From NCBI GenBank assembly GCA_964510025.1, contig CAZDZV010000002.1:62001-126000 (forward strand): 64,000 nt of DNA, written 5' to 3'. Position numbers and translations under genes: made by a program. Below the pieces are notes generated by a model. It made no database searches. It was not told where the DNA came from and saw only the letters and a program-made list of their open reading frames with translations. Below are positions 46,997 through 55,661 of this stretch, in pieces (position 1 is the stretch's first letter; the number at the start of each line of letters is the position of its first letter). This DNA comes from an uncultured Methanosarcinales archaeon (GTDB taxonomy: Archaea > Nanobdellota > Nanobdellia > Woesearchaeales > DATDXC01).

Positions 46997-49096
46997 ATGA
47001 AGACAAAGAAAAAAGAATATTTCGTACATGGATTGCTGGTTTTCCTAGTATTCATCTCTGTAATATATGGGCTTTTCTTCTTCGGGCTCAGGGCAAACAA
47101 GCAGTATTTGGGGCAAGCTGTGGTGCCCCCTGCAATACCGACAGACTGTTCAGAACAGAGCATAAGGGAGCTCTGGGAATCAGTCTTCATAGTGGATTCA
47201 GATGACCTGAACATCACAACGAACACATCCCAGTCCGGAAGATGCAACGCATTTGCTGCTTATAAGGAACACCGGGAGGAGCTTCACATAATCATCGGAA
47301 TGGATATGGGAAACTTCTTTATGATGGACTGGACCATTGTCATGGCTATTCATGCCAACATAACAGGCAGCATAGACGAATTCATCGAAAAGGCATCTGC
47401 ACTTAACGGGACAGTCGCTGTGGATCTTCTGCAAGGCAGGAATCTTGAATTCGACCGTTCTCAGGCACATTATGGCTCTATCTTCGGTGTTGAGCAGGGA
47501 AACTGGAGCGTGAATTCAACTGATGAATATGTCAGCTATGAGTTTGAAGAGCAGGCAGTGTCCGGCAATAAGACAGAAATGAAGATTGGTATTGTAGTTG
47601 CAAACTACACCATGGACGCCTACTACTACATCAAGCTGGCGGTGCCAAAATATCCCCCTCAGATAGAAGAGTTTGCAGTTGAGCTAGAGCCCGGGCAGAG
47701 CAAGGATGTCAACCTGTCCGACTATATCGATGATCAGGACAATGAATTTGCTGAGCTGGAAATTGTCTTCGCCGGCCAAGACAACGTGAACATCAGCGTT
47801 CAGCAGGATATAGCAACAATCACCCCTATTCCCCCAGACTGGGCAGGCACTGACCACGTTACATTGACTGTCAGGGATCCTGACGGAAACCAGGACTCAA
47901 AGACAGTCAGGATATATGTAGATCTGAATGGCGCCCCTGCTATCCTTAAGGTTAGCCCGCAAATAGCCAGCCTCATAATGATGGTAACAGAATCAAGGCT
48001 TTTTGCCCATAATTCCACAGACCCTGAATCTGACAACCTGACAAGCTACTGGCTTCTGGACAATTCAGTTCTGCATACAGGAAATGATTACAACTATACT
48101 GCTCAGGCAGGCCATGTTGGAAACCGGACACTGAAGCTGGTGGTCTCAGATGGCAGCTCAAACACCAGCCATGAATGGGAGATAATAGTCGTAGAACTAG
48201 ACAGGCCCCCTGAACAGATCAGGGTTTTTCCAGACCTGGAATGGGCTGTAGGCACCAACCTTACAGATGCATTCAACCTAAGGGAATATTTTGCTGAGCC
48301 AGACAGCCAGGATATCATATTTGGTGTTGAAGGCAATGAGCATATAGATGTTGTGATCGATGTAGCGAACAACGTAAGCCTGTATCCAGAGCCGGGATGG
48401 TCTGGCACAGAGACCATAAGGTTCATCGCTGATGACGGAAATTTCATGACCAAGAGCCAGGATATAACGCTGCGGGTAGGCTCAGGCTTAAACCAGGGGC
48501 CAGGGGAGCTGTGCACAGAAATATGGAACTGCAGCAGGTGGGCGCCTGAAGAATGCCCTGCAACAAGGGTCCAGGAGAGAAGCTGCGAGGATATAAACAG
48601 CTGCGGCACTGAGCTTAGAAAACCTGCTGAAAGCAGGACATGCAGCTATATGCCTGAAGACACCGGGATCATAGAGGCATCTGCTGATAGTGCAGAGATT
48701 GCCCAGCTAAGCCCTGAGCTGCCTATGAAGGACATCAAACTGGCATCGTTGATAATCTCGATATTTGTCTTAGGGGGGCTAATATCCTTGGTGGTCATAG
48801 AAAAAAATAAGTCAGGCCTCAACCTGGAGAAAGAAAAGAAGAAAAAAGACATCGAGACAGAGTCTTTGGCCAGGCTTCTGGACTATATAAGGCGCGAGAT
48901 GAATGAAGGAGCAGACAAGGATAAGATCAGGAGTAAGCTGCTGTATGAAGGATGGAATCAGTATCTGGTTGACAGGGCATTTTCAGAGGTTGAGGTGCTG
49001 AAGGACGAGATAGAGGAAGGTTCCGGCATAGAGGCCATAGTAAAAGAGAGCGTGTTTGACAAGGTAAGGAAAAAGATGAAATCTTTTGAAACATGA
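46997..49096 (+). CDS. Surface protein with Ig/cadherin-like domains, Cys module, TM and cytoplasmic domain
   Basis: N-terminal TM; LSDYIDDQD and LREYFAEPD cadherin-like repeats; CTEIWNCSRW; C-terminal TM. Confidence 0.8.
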   Translation: MKTKKKEYFVHGLLVFLVFISVIYGLFFFGLRANKQYLGQAVVPPAIPTDCSEQSIRELWESVFIVDSDDLNITTNTSQSGRCNAFAAYKEHREELHIIIGMDMGNFFMMDWTIVMAIHANITGSIDEFIEKASALNGTVAVDLLQGRNLEFDRSQAHYGSIFGVEQGNWSVNSTDEYVSYEFEEQAVSGNKTEMKIGIVVANYTMDAYYYIKLAVPKYPPQIEEFAVELEPGQSKDVNLSDYIDDQDNEFAELEIVFAGQDNVNISVQQDIATITPIPPDWAGTDHVTLTVRDPDGNQDSKTVRIYVDLNGAPAILKVSPQIASLIMMVTESRLFAHNSTDPESDNLTSYWLLDNSVLHTGNDYNYTAQAGHVGNRTLKLVVSDGSSNTSHEWEIIVVELDRPPEQIRVFPDLEWAVGTNLTDAFNLREYFAEPDSQDIIFGVEGNEHIDVVIDVANNVSLYPEPGWSGTETIRFIADDGNFMTKSQDITLRVGSGLNQGPGELCTEIWNCSRWAPEECPATRVQERSCEDINSCGTELRKPAESRTCSYMPEDTGIIEASADSAEIAQLSPELPMKDIKLASLIISIFVLGGLISLVVIEKNKSGLNLEKEKKKKDIETESLARLLDYIRREMNEGADKDKIRSKLLYEGWNQYLVDRAFSEVEVLKDEIEEGSGIEAIVKESVFDKVRKKMKSFET

Positions 49097-50046
49097 TAAT
49101 CGAGCTTATCCAAGGAATTGAACCTGTTGTTTTCCATTCTATTGTGGCGCTCATCAGCCTGATAATACTGTCGAAATCAGCTGACATGCTTGTGTACGGC
49201 ATATCCAACTATGCAAAGAAGCTTGGCCTTGGCGACTACCTGATAGGCTTCATCGTCGTGAGCATCGGGACAGCCTTGCCTGAGCTGGTTGCAGCTCTCA
49301 ACGGTGCCATGATGAACGAAGGGTCCATTGTATTTGGCACGATATTTGGCTCAAACATCTTCAAGATACCGTTGCTGGGCATATTGCTGGTCGCTGCAAG
49401 AAAGATAAAGGTTAAAAGCAATCTTGGGGCTGCCCCTATCCTCACATTGTTCATCGTCATGCTTCCTATGGTGCTTGTGCTGGACGGCTATCTTTCACGC
49501 GGGGATGGCGCAGTGCTGCTGCTGGCCTTTATCATATATATCAGCAGGCTCTGGCGCAACGAAGGCGAACTGGGCAAGATGAAGAAGAATGTTGCATTGA
49601 AGAGCATATACAAGGACAGCATAATCTTCATTGTCAGCCTGACTGTGCTTCTTGTCTCAGGAAGGTTTTTAGTGTATTCATCCATATCACTATCGAGGGT
49701 GTTCGGGATATCGCCGTATCTGCTGGGACTGGTTATAATAGGGATAGGGGCCTCTATGCCGGAACTGACCGTGCAGCTAAGAGGGGTATTCAGCCATCAC
49801 AGCAACCTTGCGTTCGGGAATGTTTTTGGAAGCATGATAGCGAACTCAGCATTGGTGCTTGGGCTTACCGGACTGATAAGGCCCTTCCAGATCAATGCGT
49901 CTATACTCTGGACTGCTGCAATAATGTTACTGACAGGAACCACCTTGGGTCTGTTCTTTATGGAAAAAGAGGAGCTGAGCTGGAAGCATGGTCTTATGCT
50001 GATATTTCTTTATGCTGCATACCTTGTTATTGAGTGGCTATTTTGA
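49093..50046 (+). CDS. Ca2+/Na+ antiporter (CaCA), second paralogue
   Basis: GTALPEL...GTIFGSN and GASMPEL...GNVFGS. Confidence 0.9.
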   Translation: MIIELIQGIEPVVFHSIVALISLIILSKSADMLVYGISNYAKKLGLGDYLIGFIVVSIGTALPELVAALNGAMMNEGSIVFGTIFGSNIFKIPLLGILLVAARKIKVKSNLGAAPILTLFIVMLPMVLVLDGYLSRGDGAVLLLAFIIYISRLWRNEGELGKMKKNVALKSIYKDSIIFIVSLTVLLVSGRFLVYSSISLSRVFGISPYLLGLVIIGIGASMPELTVQLRGVFSHHSNLAFGNVFGSMIANSALVLGLTGLIRPFQINASILWTAAIMLLTGTTLGLFFMEKEELSWKHGLMLIFLYAAYLVIEWLF

Positions 50047-51093
50047 TGTTATGACAGTACCCATGCCCTGGTCTGTATAAAGCTCTGTCAGCAGCGAGAA
50101 CGGAGTCTGGCCGTTGATTATATGCACCCTTTCCACGCCATGCTGCAGCGCATATATGCTTGCAGCTATCTTGGAATTCATGCCTCTTGAGAACAACCCC
50201 CTGTTAAGATGATGCATGGCCTCATACAGGTCCATCCTGTCGATTACCTGCTGTTCCTCATCATATACACCGTCCACATTTGTCATGAAGACAAGCCTTG
50301 TTGCAGCAGGAACATAGCTGACATGCCTTGTTGCAGCAGGAACCTCCCTGTACTGAAATGCTGCAAGAGCTGCGGCAGATATGTCAGCATTTACATTATA
50401 TCTTACAGACCTGTCTGAGCTGCCATAACCTACAGGAGATACTACAGGCGTTATCTCAGGGGCATATAGGGCGCTAATATGCTGGAGGTCTAAGGATACG
50501 ATTTCACCCACATAACCAGCCTCTCTGCTCTTTTTCCTGCACAGAAAAAGCGCATCCAAAGGAGATATGCCTATAGGCTGGACGTAGTTTTCCTTGGCAG
50601 TGTTCAGTATAGCTGAGATCTCCTCTGTAATGCCTGTCAGTACAGTGTGGACAACCTCAACCTCTGTCTGCCCGGTTATGGCGCTTCTTTTGTCTCCGTC
50701 AGTGATCCTGTCTCCGGCTATAGTGTAGCGGGGCTCATAATCAGGGAAAGCCCTCTCCATAGCTGCAGTTATGTGTATCCCCCCTCCATGAACAATATTG
50801 GGGAAAACACCAAGCATCTTCATAAAAAAAATCTCCTGGGCTATCCTGTTCTTCAGCGAATCATCGCCGATTATGGCTCCGTACTTGATGACTATCCTGT
50901 GATCAAGATGGGTCGTGCTCCATCTTGCAAACTGGCCATTATGGTCCTTTACCCATCCAAGAAGTTCCCCATGCTCAGGCATACTAAGCCATCTATGAAG
51001 ATCTGCTGCAAGAACCTGCCTTTCATCAAGCCATCTGGCAGTGTCTTCGCTCAAAGCTCCCCCTAACAACTCTGCAAGATCATCTATAGCCAT
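50038..51093 (-). CDS. argB: Acetylglutamate kinase-like protein (amino acid kinase family), divergent
   Basis: VIKYG, VHGGG, GDRITD, GYVGEI, YNVNAD, TNVDGV, GMNSK, ELYTDQGMGT. Confidence 0.8.
   Translation of the reverse strand: MAIDDLAELLGGALSEDTARWLDERQVLAADLHRWLSMPEHGELLGWVKDHNGQFARWSTTHLDHRIVIKYGAIIGDDSLKNRIAQEIFFMKMLGVFPNIVHGGGIHITAAMERAFPDYEPRYTIAGDRITDGDKRSAITGQTEVEVVHTVLTGITEEISAILNTAKENYVQPIGISPLDALFLCRKKSREAGYVGEIVSLDLQHISALYAPEITPVVSPVGYGSSDRSVRYNVNADISAAALAAFQYREVPAATRHVSYVPAATRLVFMTNVDGVYDEEQQVIDRMDLYEAMHHLNRGLFSRGMNSKIAASIYALQHGVERVHIINGQTPFSLLTELYTDQGMGTVITSK
50295..50343. repeat. 19-bp direct repeat with 30-nt period inside argB
   Basis: GCCTTGTTGCAGCAGGAAC at 50295-50313 and 50325-50343; VPAATR appears twice in the protein. 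Confidence 0.9.
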
Positions 51094-51194
51094 AAGCCTA
51101 GAAAATATGTCTATGCTTTTAAAAGTTTTGCTACTTTATAGTACTAATCCAGCTTGAAGGTATATTTATATACATTGATTTTTTTCTAGCATAT

Positions 51195-52871
51195 ATGCAG
51201 GTCTATATGGATGAGGTACTAGCGCTGATAAAAAAAGAAAAGCCGGCAAAACAGAAGCTTTCCAAGATCAAGGCGAAGCTAGCGAAGAAACATAGGTTAG
51301 GCAGGATACCTACAGACATTGAGATCCTGCTGAATGCTCCTGAAAAGGAGATTCCCAAGATAAAAAAATACCTTCTTACCAAACCGACAAGGACAATCTC
51401 AGGTGTGGCTGTATGCGCAATAATGACAAAGCCCATCAGCTGCCCGCATGTAAAGAAAGAAGGGCCATGCATAATGTGCCCCGGAGGCCCTGGTTCTTAT
51501 TTTGGCGACGTTCCCCAAAGCTATACTGGAAAGGAGCCTGCTGCAAGAAGGGCAATAAGAAACATGTATGATCCATATCTGCAGGTAATGAACAGGATAG
51601 AGCAGCATATAGTCCAGGGGCACATACCTGACAAGCTTGAGCTTATAGTGATGGGCGGAACCTTTCCTTCTTTTTCCAGAAGATACAGGGAAAGGTTTGT
51701 TGGATATGCGCTGAAGGCGATGAACGATTTTTCCAGATTGTTTTTTAGGAAAGGCCAGATAGATTTTGTGGGATTCAAGAAATTCTTTGAGCTGCCCGGA
51801 GACATAGCAGATAAGAAAAGGACAAGAAAGGTACAGAGGAAGCTAAAAAGAACAAAAGGCATGCTTGATCTGAAAAAAGAACAGAAAAAGAACGAAAAAA
51901 GCAGCATAAGGTGTGTTTCCCTGGTTATAGAGACAAGGCCTGATCATGCAAAGCTAAAGCATGCCAATGAGATGCTGAGGCTCGGCTGCACAAAGGTAGA
52001 GCTTGGCGTGCAGACTGTCTTTGATGACGTGCTGAAGAGGATAAAAAGAGGACATGATGTAGGGGATTCCATAGAAGCCACCAGGATATTGAAGGATCTG
52101 GGCTTTAAGATCAACTATCACATGATGCTCGGGCTGCCTGGGGTGAGCAAAGCAAGAGACCTTTTTTCCCTCAACGCCTTATTCGCTTTTGAGGATTTCC
52201 AGCCAGATATGCTCAAATTATACCCCTGCATGGTCCTGAAAGGCACCAAGCTTTACAAAGAATGGAAAAAGAGGAGATTCAGGCCGCTCACAACAAAAAA
52301 AGCTGCTGAGATAATATCTGAATTCAAGAAGAACGTCCCGGAGCATGTCAGGATAATGAGGGTGCAAAGGGACATACCTACATTCATGACAGAAGCAGGG
52401 GTGGATAAGACAAACCTGAGGCAGTATATAAGGGCAAGATGCAGATGTATAAGGTGCAGGGAGCCAAAATCAGGAAAGGTGTCAGATGAGATAGGGATCA
52501 TAGAGAGGCATTATCTTGCTTCTGATGGAAATGAGTTTTTCATCTCTGCAGAAGACATGAAAAATGACACGATATTGGGATTCTGCAGGCTTAGGTTCCC
52601 CTCGCAGAGCCTGAGGAAAGAGATAACTCATGATTCTGCCTTGGTACGCGAGCTCCATGTTTATGGCCAGGCTGTGCAGATAGGTGCAAAGGGAAAGGTG
52701 CAGCATCATGGATTAGGCAAAGCTTTGCTGGAAAAGGCAGAAGATACAGCAAGGATATATTATAAAAAAAAGCTGGTAGTCATCGCTGGGATCGGAGCCA
52801 GAGAATATTTCAGGAAGCTCGGATACAGGAAGCAGGGTCCTTATATGGTAAAAAATACAAAAAATTTATAA
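51195..52871 (+). CDS. elp3: Elp3 tRNA U34 carboxymethyltransferase (radical SAM + KAT)
   Basis: KPTRTISGVA, CPH..CIMCPGG, PQSYTG.EPA, ETRPD, RCRCIRCRE, RELHVYG, QHHGLG. Confidence 0.95.
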   Translation: MQVYMDEVLALIKKEKPAKQKLSKIKAKLAKKHRLGRIPTDIEILLNAPEKEIPKIKKYLLTKPTRTISGVAVCAIMTKPISCPHVKKEGPCIMCPGGPGSYFGDVPQSYTGKEPAARRAIRNMYDPYLQVMNRIEQHIVQGHIPDKLELIVMGGTFPSFSRRYRERFVGYALKAMNDFSRLFFRKGQIDFVGFKKFFELPGDIADKKRTRKVQRKLKRTKGMLDLKKEQKKNEKSSIRCVSLVIETRPDHAKLKHANEMLRLGCTKVELGVQTVFDDVLKRIKRGHDVGDSIEATRILKDLGFKINYHMMLGLPGVSKARDLFSLNALFAFEDFQPDMLKLYPCMVLKGTKLYKEWKKRRFRPLTTKKAAEIISEFKKNVPEHVRIMRVQRDIPTFMTEAGVDKTNLRQYIRARCRCIRCREPKSGKVSDEIGIIERHYLASDGNEFFISAEDMKNDTILGFCRLRFPSQSLRKEITHDSALVRELHVYGQAVQIGAKGKVQHHGLGKALLEKAEDTARIYYKKKLVVIAGIGAREYFRKLGYRKQGPYMVKNTKNL

Positions 52872-52896
52872 CCTATTAGTTAAAATAAAGATAAAT

Positions 52897-53916
52897 ATGG
52901 GGAGACTGCACAATTTCATTCTGATAAGCATGATGTTATGCTCATTGGTCTATGGTGCAACTGTCTATGAATTTTTTGAGGATGTTGAAAATAATTCTAC
53001 AGCCTATACAATAGTGGTGGGCAACAATGCTTCGCCCCAGGAGGTCATATTTGCCTCTGATATCGCTTCAGTGACAGGCATCACTGAGTCTGTGCTTGCA
53101 AGGGAAGCTGATACCAACAAAAGCCTCCTCATATTGGGAACACCTGGCTCCAACGAGCTTATTGCGCAGCTAGCTGAAAACTGGAGCTATAGTGATGAGC
53201 AGACAGTCATGAAAACAGTAGAGAAAAGCCTGATAATCGGATCCTCAAGCGTGGATATGCTGGACATAGCTGTCCCGTATGTCGAGGATTACACCAATTT
53301 TGACGCTGCTATGGGTGACAATGTCTTTATCATCCATCCTGAACCTCCAAGAGAAGAGGACAAGACGCCGGACCCAAGCGACCTGGGCAGCGGAGGCGGG
53401 GGCTATCAATGGTCATGGGAACCGCCGCCTGAAGAAGCGCCATGCATCGTTGACTGGAGATGCGGCTCCTGGTCTGAGTGCTATGACGGGATCCAGGTCA
53501 GAAACTGCACAAACTACGGGAACTGCTATGGCACACAGCCTCCTGTACAGAAGACATGCATCATTGTGCAGGAACCAGAAGAAGAGCCAGAATTCATGGC
53601 GCCTCCTGTATTTGAGGAGAAGATACCCAAGCCAGAGCAGGTCGGAAACAATGTAAACATACCGATTGTAATAGAAAACATGAACGAGGAAGAGCTGCAG
53701 CATATGCATGTTGAGATCAATTTCAACCAGGGAAGATCTACAAAGTATGTTGATTTTATAGATATGATAGAGATAGAAGAAAGAGGCACCAGATATATAA
53801 ACAGGGTGATAAATGCGAAAAGCTTAAAACCTGGAAGCTTTGACATAGTGATTAAGCTTTACCATATGGGAAAGGTTGCAGAAGAAAATAGCTATGATAT
53901 CAATATAAAGGGGTGA
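52897..53916 (+). CDS. Exported protein with S-layer-like N-terminal domain and Cys module
   Basis: Signal peptide; IVVGNNA...LLILGTPGSNEL; CIVDWRCGSWSEC; Ig-like C-terminus. Confidence 0.7.
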   Translation: MGRLHNFILISMMLCSLVYGATVYEFFEDVENNSTAYTIVVGNNASPQEVIFASDIASVTGITESVLAREADTNKSLLILGTPGSNELIAQLAENWSYSDEQTVMKTVEKSLIIGSSSVDMLDIAVPYVEDYTNFDAAMGDNVFIIHPEPPREEDKTPDPSDLGSGGGGYQWSWEPPPEEAPCIVDWRCGSWSECYDGIQVRNCTNYGNCYGTQPPVQKTCIIVQEPEEEPEFMAPPVFEEKIPKPEQVGNNVNIPIVIENMNEEELQHMHVEINFNQGRSTKYVDFIDMIEIEERGTRYINRVINAKSLKPGSFDIVIKLYHMGKVAEENSYDINIKG

Positions 53917-54119
53917 TAGGAATGTATGTGTTCGGATTTGATATACCGCTGATGGAGATATTGTTTGTTTTTTCTCTACTATATATTGTTGCCCTTATCT
54001 TTACGCTTGTTGAGATAAGGAAGCTCAGGGGCATCATAATGCTGGAAAAAGCAGACCTAAGGGAGCTGAGAAATGACCTGTCTGAGCTTAGCAGGATGTT
54101 TCAGCAGGAAAGGCAGTAG
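53913..54119 (+). CDS. Small membrane protein
   Basis: GTGA overlap with upstream stop; one TM followed by a coiled coil. Confidence 0.65.
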   Translation: MIGMYVFGFDIPLMEILFVFSLLYIVALIFTLVEIRKLRGIIMLEKADLRELRNDLSELSRMFQQERQ

Positions 54120-54149
54120 TTTTTTATATATTTAGCTTATTCTTGATTT

Positions 54150-55052
54150 ATGTTTAAAGATAAGTTCAAAGAGAGATATGAGAAGCTGACAGATTGGGAG
54201 GTTTTCAAGGATATCTCTACACAATTCCTCAGAAGATCTATCAGGGTAAATACGCTTAAAACCAGTGTGCAGGAGGTTATTGAAAGGCTAGAGGATAGTT
54301 GGGATCTGACGAAGATCCCGTGGTGCAGGGAGGGTTTTTGGATCGAGGGGGAGAGAAGGGACGTAGGGAACTTAAAGGAGCATGTTTTAGGATATATCTA
54401 TGTGCAGGAAGCTGCTTCCATGATACCCCCTGTGGTCCTGGGAGCTGAACCAGGGGAGATTGTGCTGGATATGTGCGCTGCGCCTGGCAGCAAGGCCTCT
54501 CAGATAGCCCAATACATGGGTAACAAGGGGATAGTGGTTGCGAACGACATAAGCGGGGCAAGGATGGCTCCGCTGGGCATCAATCTGCAGAGATGCGGGA
54601 TAACCAATTCAGTGATCACCAGGATGTATGGGCAATGGTTCAAGGGGCTCAAGTTTGACAAGATACTGGTGGATGCACCCTGCTCTGGCACAGGCACGAT
54701 AAGGAAGAGCCTCAAGACATTAAGGATATGGAATCCCAACATGGTAAAAAGGCTCAGCAAACAGCAGAAAAAGCTCATAGAGACCGCGTTCCTAAGCCTC
54801 AAAGAGGGAGGGGCAATGGTCTATTCGACATGCAGCCTGGAGCCCGAGGAAGACGAGGAGGTGGTTGACTATCTGTTGGGAAGTCATGAGAATGCAAAGA
54901 TCGAAAAGATCGATATTGATATCAAGAAGTCTTGCCCTGTCTTGGACTTTGAGGGAAAAAGCTACAATCCTGAAATCAAGAAATGCCTGAGGATATGGCC
55001 GCAGGACAATGATACAGAGGGATTTTTTGTCGCAAAAATAAGAAAAGGCTAG
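54150..55052 (+). CDS. RsmB/NOL1/NOP2 family RNA m5C methyltransferase
   Basis: QEAASMIP, DMCAAPGSK, DAPCSGTG, YSTCS, GFFVA. Confidence 0.95.
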   Translation: MFKDKFKERYEKLTDWEVFKDISTQFLRRSIRVNTLKTSVQEVIERLEDSWDLTKIPWCREGFWIEGERRDVGNLKEHVLGYIYVQEAASMIPPVVLGAEPGEIVLDMCAAPGSKASQIAQYMGNKGIVVANDISGARMAPLGINLQRCGITNSVITRMYGQWFKGLKFDKILVDAPCSGTGTIRKSLKTLRIWNPNMVKRLSKQQKKLIETAFLSLKEGGAMVYSTCSLEPEEDEEVVDYLLGSHENAKIEKIDIDIKKSCPVLDFEGKSYNPEIKKCLRIWPQDNDTEGFFVAKIRKG

Positions 55053-55219
55053 GTTTCTTCAGAAAACTGGACAGACGGCTCGATATCCAGGACTGATTCT
55101 TCAATCTTCACTTCCGGTTCCTGCACAGCCATGCCTGTTATTGATGGCGATGATATGTAGATGCCTGCTGCTGCAACAAACAAGACAACTATTATCAGTA
55201 TTATGATCAGCTTTTTCAT
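55049..55219 (-). CDS. Small exported peptide, 56 aa, not in the ORF track
   Basis: MKKLIIILIIVVLFVAAAGIYISSPSITGMAVQEPEVKIEESVLDIEPSVQFSEET*; ATG is 1 nt after the upstream stop. Confidence 0.7.
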   Translation of the reverse strand: MKKLIIILIIVVLFVAAAGIYISSPSITGMAVQEPEVKIEESVLDIEPSVQFSEET

Positions 55220-55220
55220 A

Positions 55221-55661
55221 TCAATCCCTTTGCATGAGCTTCTTTATAAATCCTGCTATTCTCTGCCACATTGACGGCTTTTTCCGTTCTACAGCCTCCA
55301 CTGTCAGCTCATGGTTTGTGCAGGCCTTTGTAGAGAGCACCGCATCCTGATGCCTGAGAGCGGTTCCGCATATCTCCAGCTTGGCTGAATGAGTGCCGGG
55401 CTCTTTCAGGAAGATATCGAGCTTCACTGTCTTTCTTGATCTGCTCTCCAGGATAAATGTCTCCTGGTCCACCTCAAGCCAGTCATAATCCTCCTCTATC
55501 GTGATCCTTTCAGGAAACTCTGAGCCCTGTGAAACATCAAAATAGGCTTCAGCATGCTGCCATGTTTCTGTTTTCACAGAATTTGTCGGCAAAGCCCCGA
55601 TGCTTTGGGCGTAGGCAGAGCTAACAAAGAGCAGCATCAAGATTGGGATTGCTTTTTTCAT
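55221..55661 (-). CDS. Exported single Ig-like domain protein
   Basis: Signal peptide ending AYA; beta-rich, two Cys; amphipathic C-terminal helix; ATGA overlap with the giant gene. Confidence 0.75.
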   Translation of the reverse strand: MKKAIPILMLLFVSSAYAQSIGALPTNSVKTETWQHAEAYFDVSQGSEFPERITIEEDYDWLEVDQETFILESRSRKTVKLDIFLKEPGTHSAKLEICGTALRHQDAVLSTKACTNHELTVEAVERKKPSMWQRIAGFIKKLMQRD

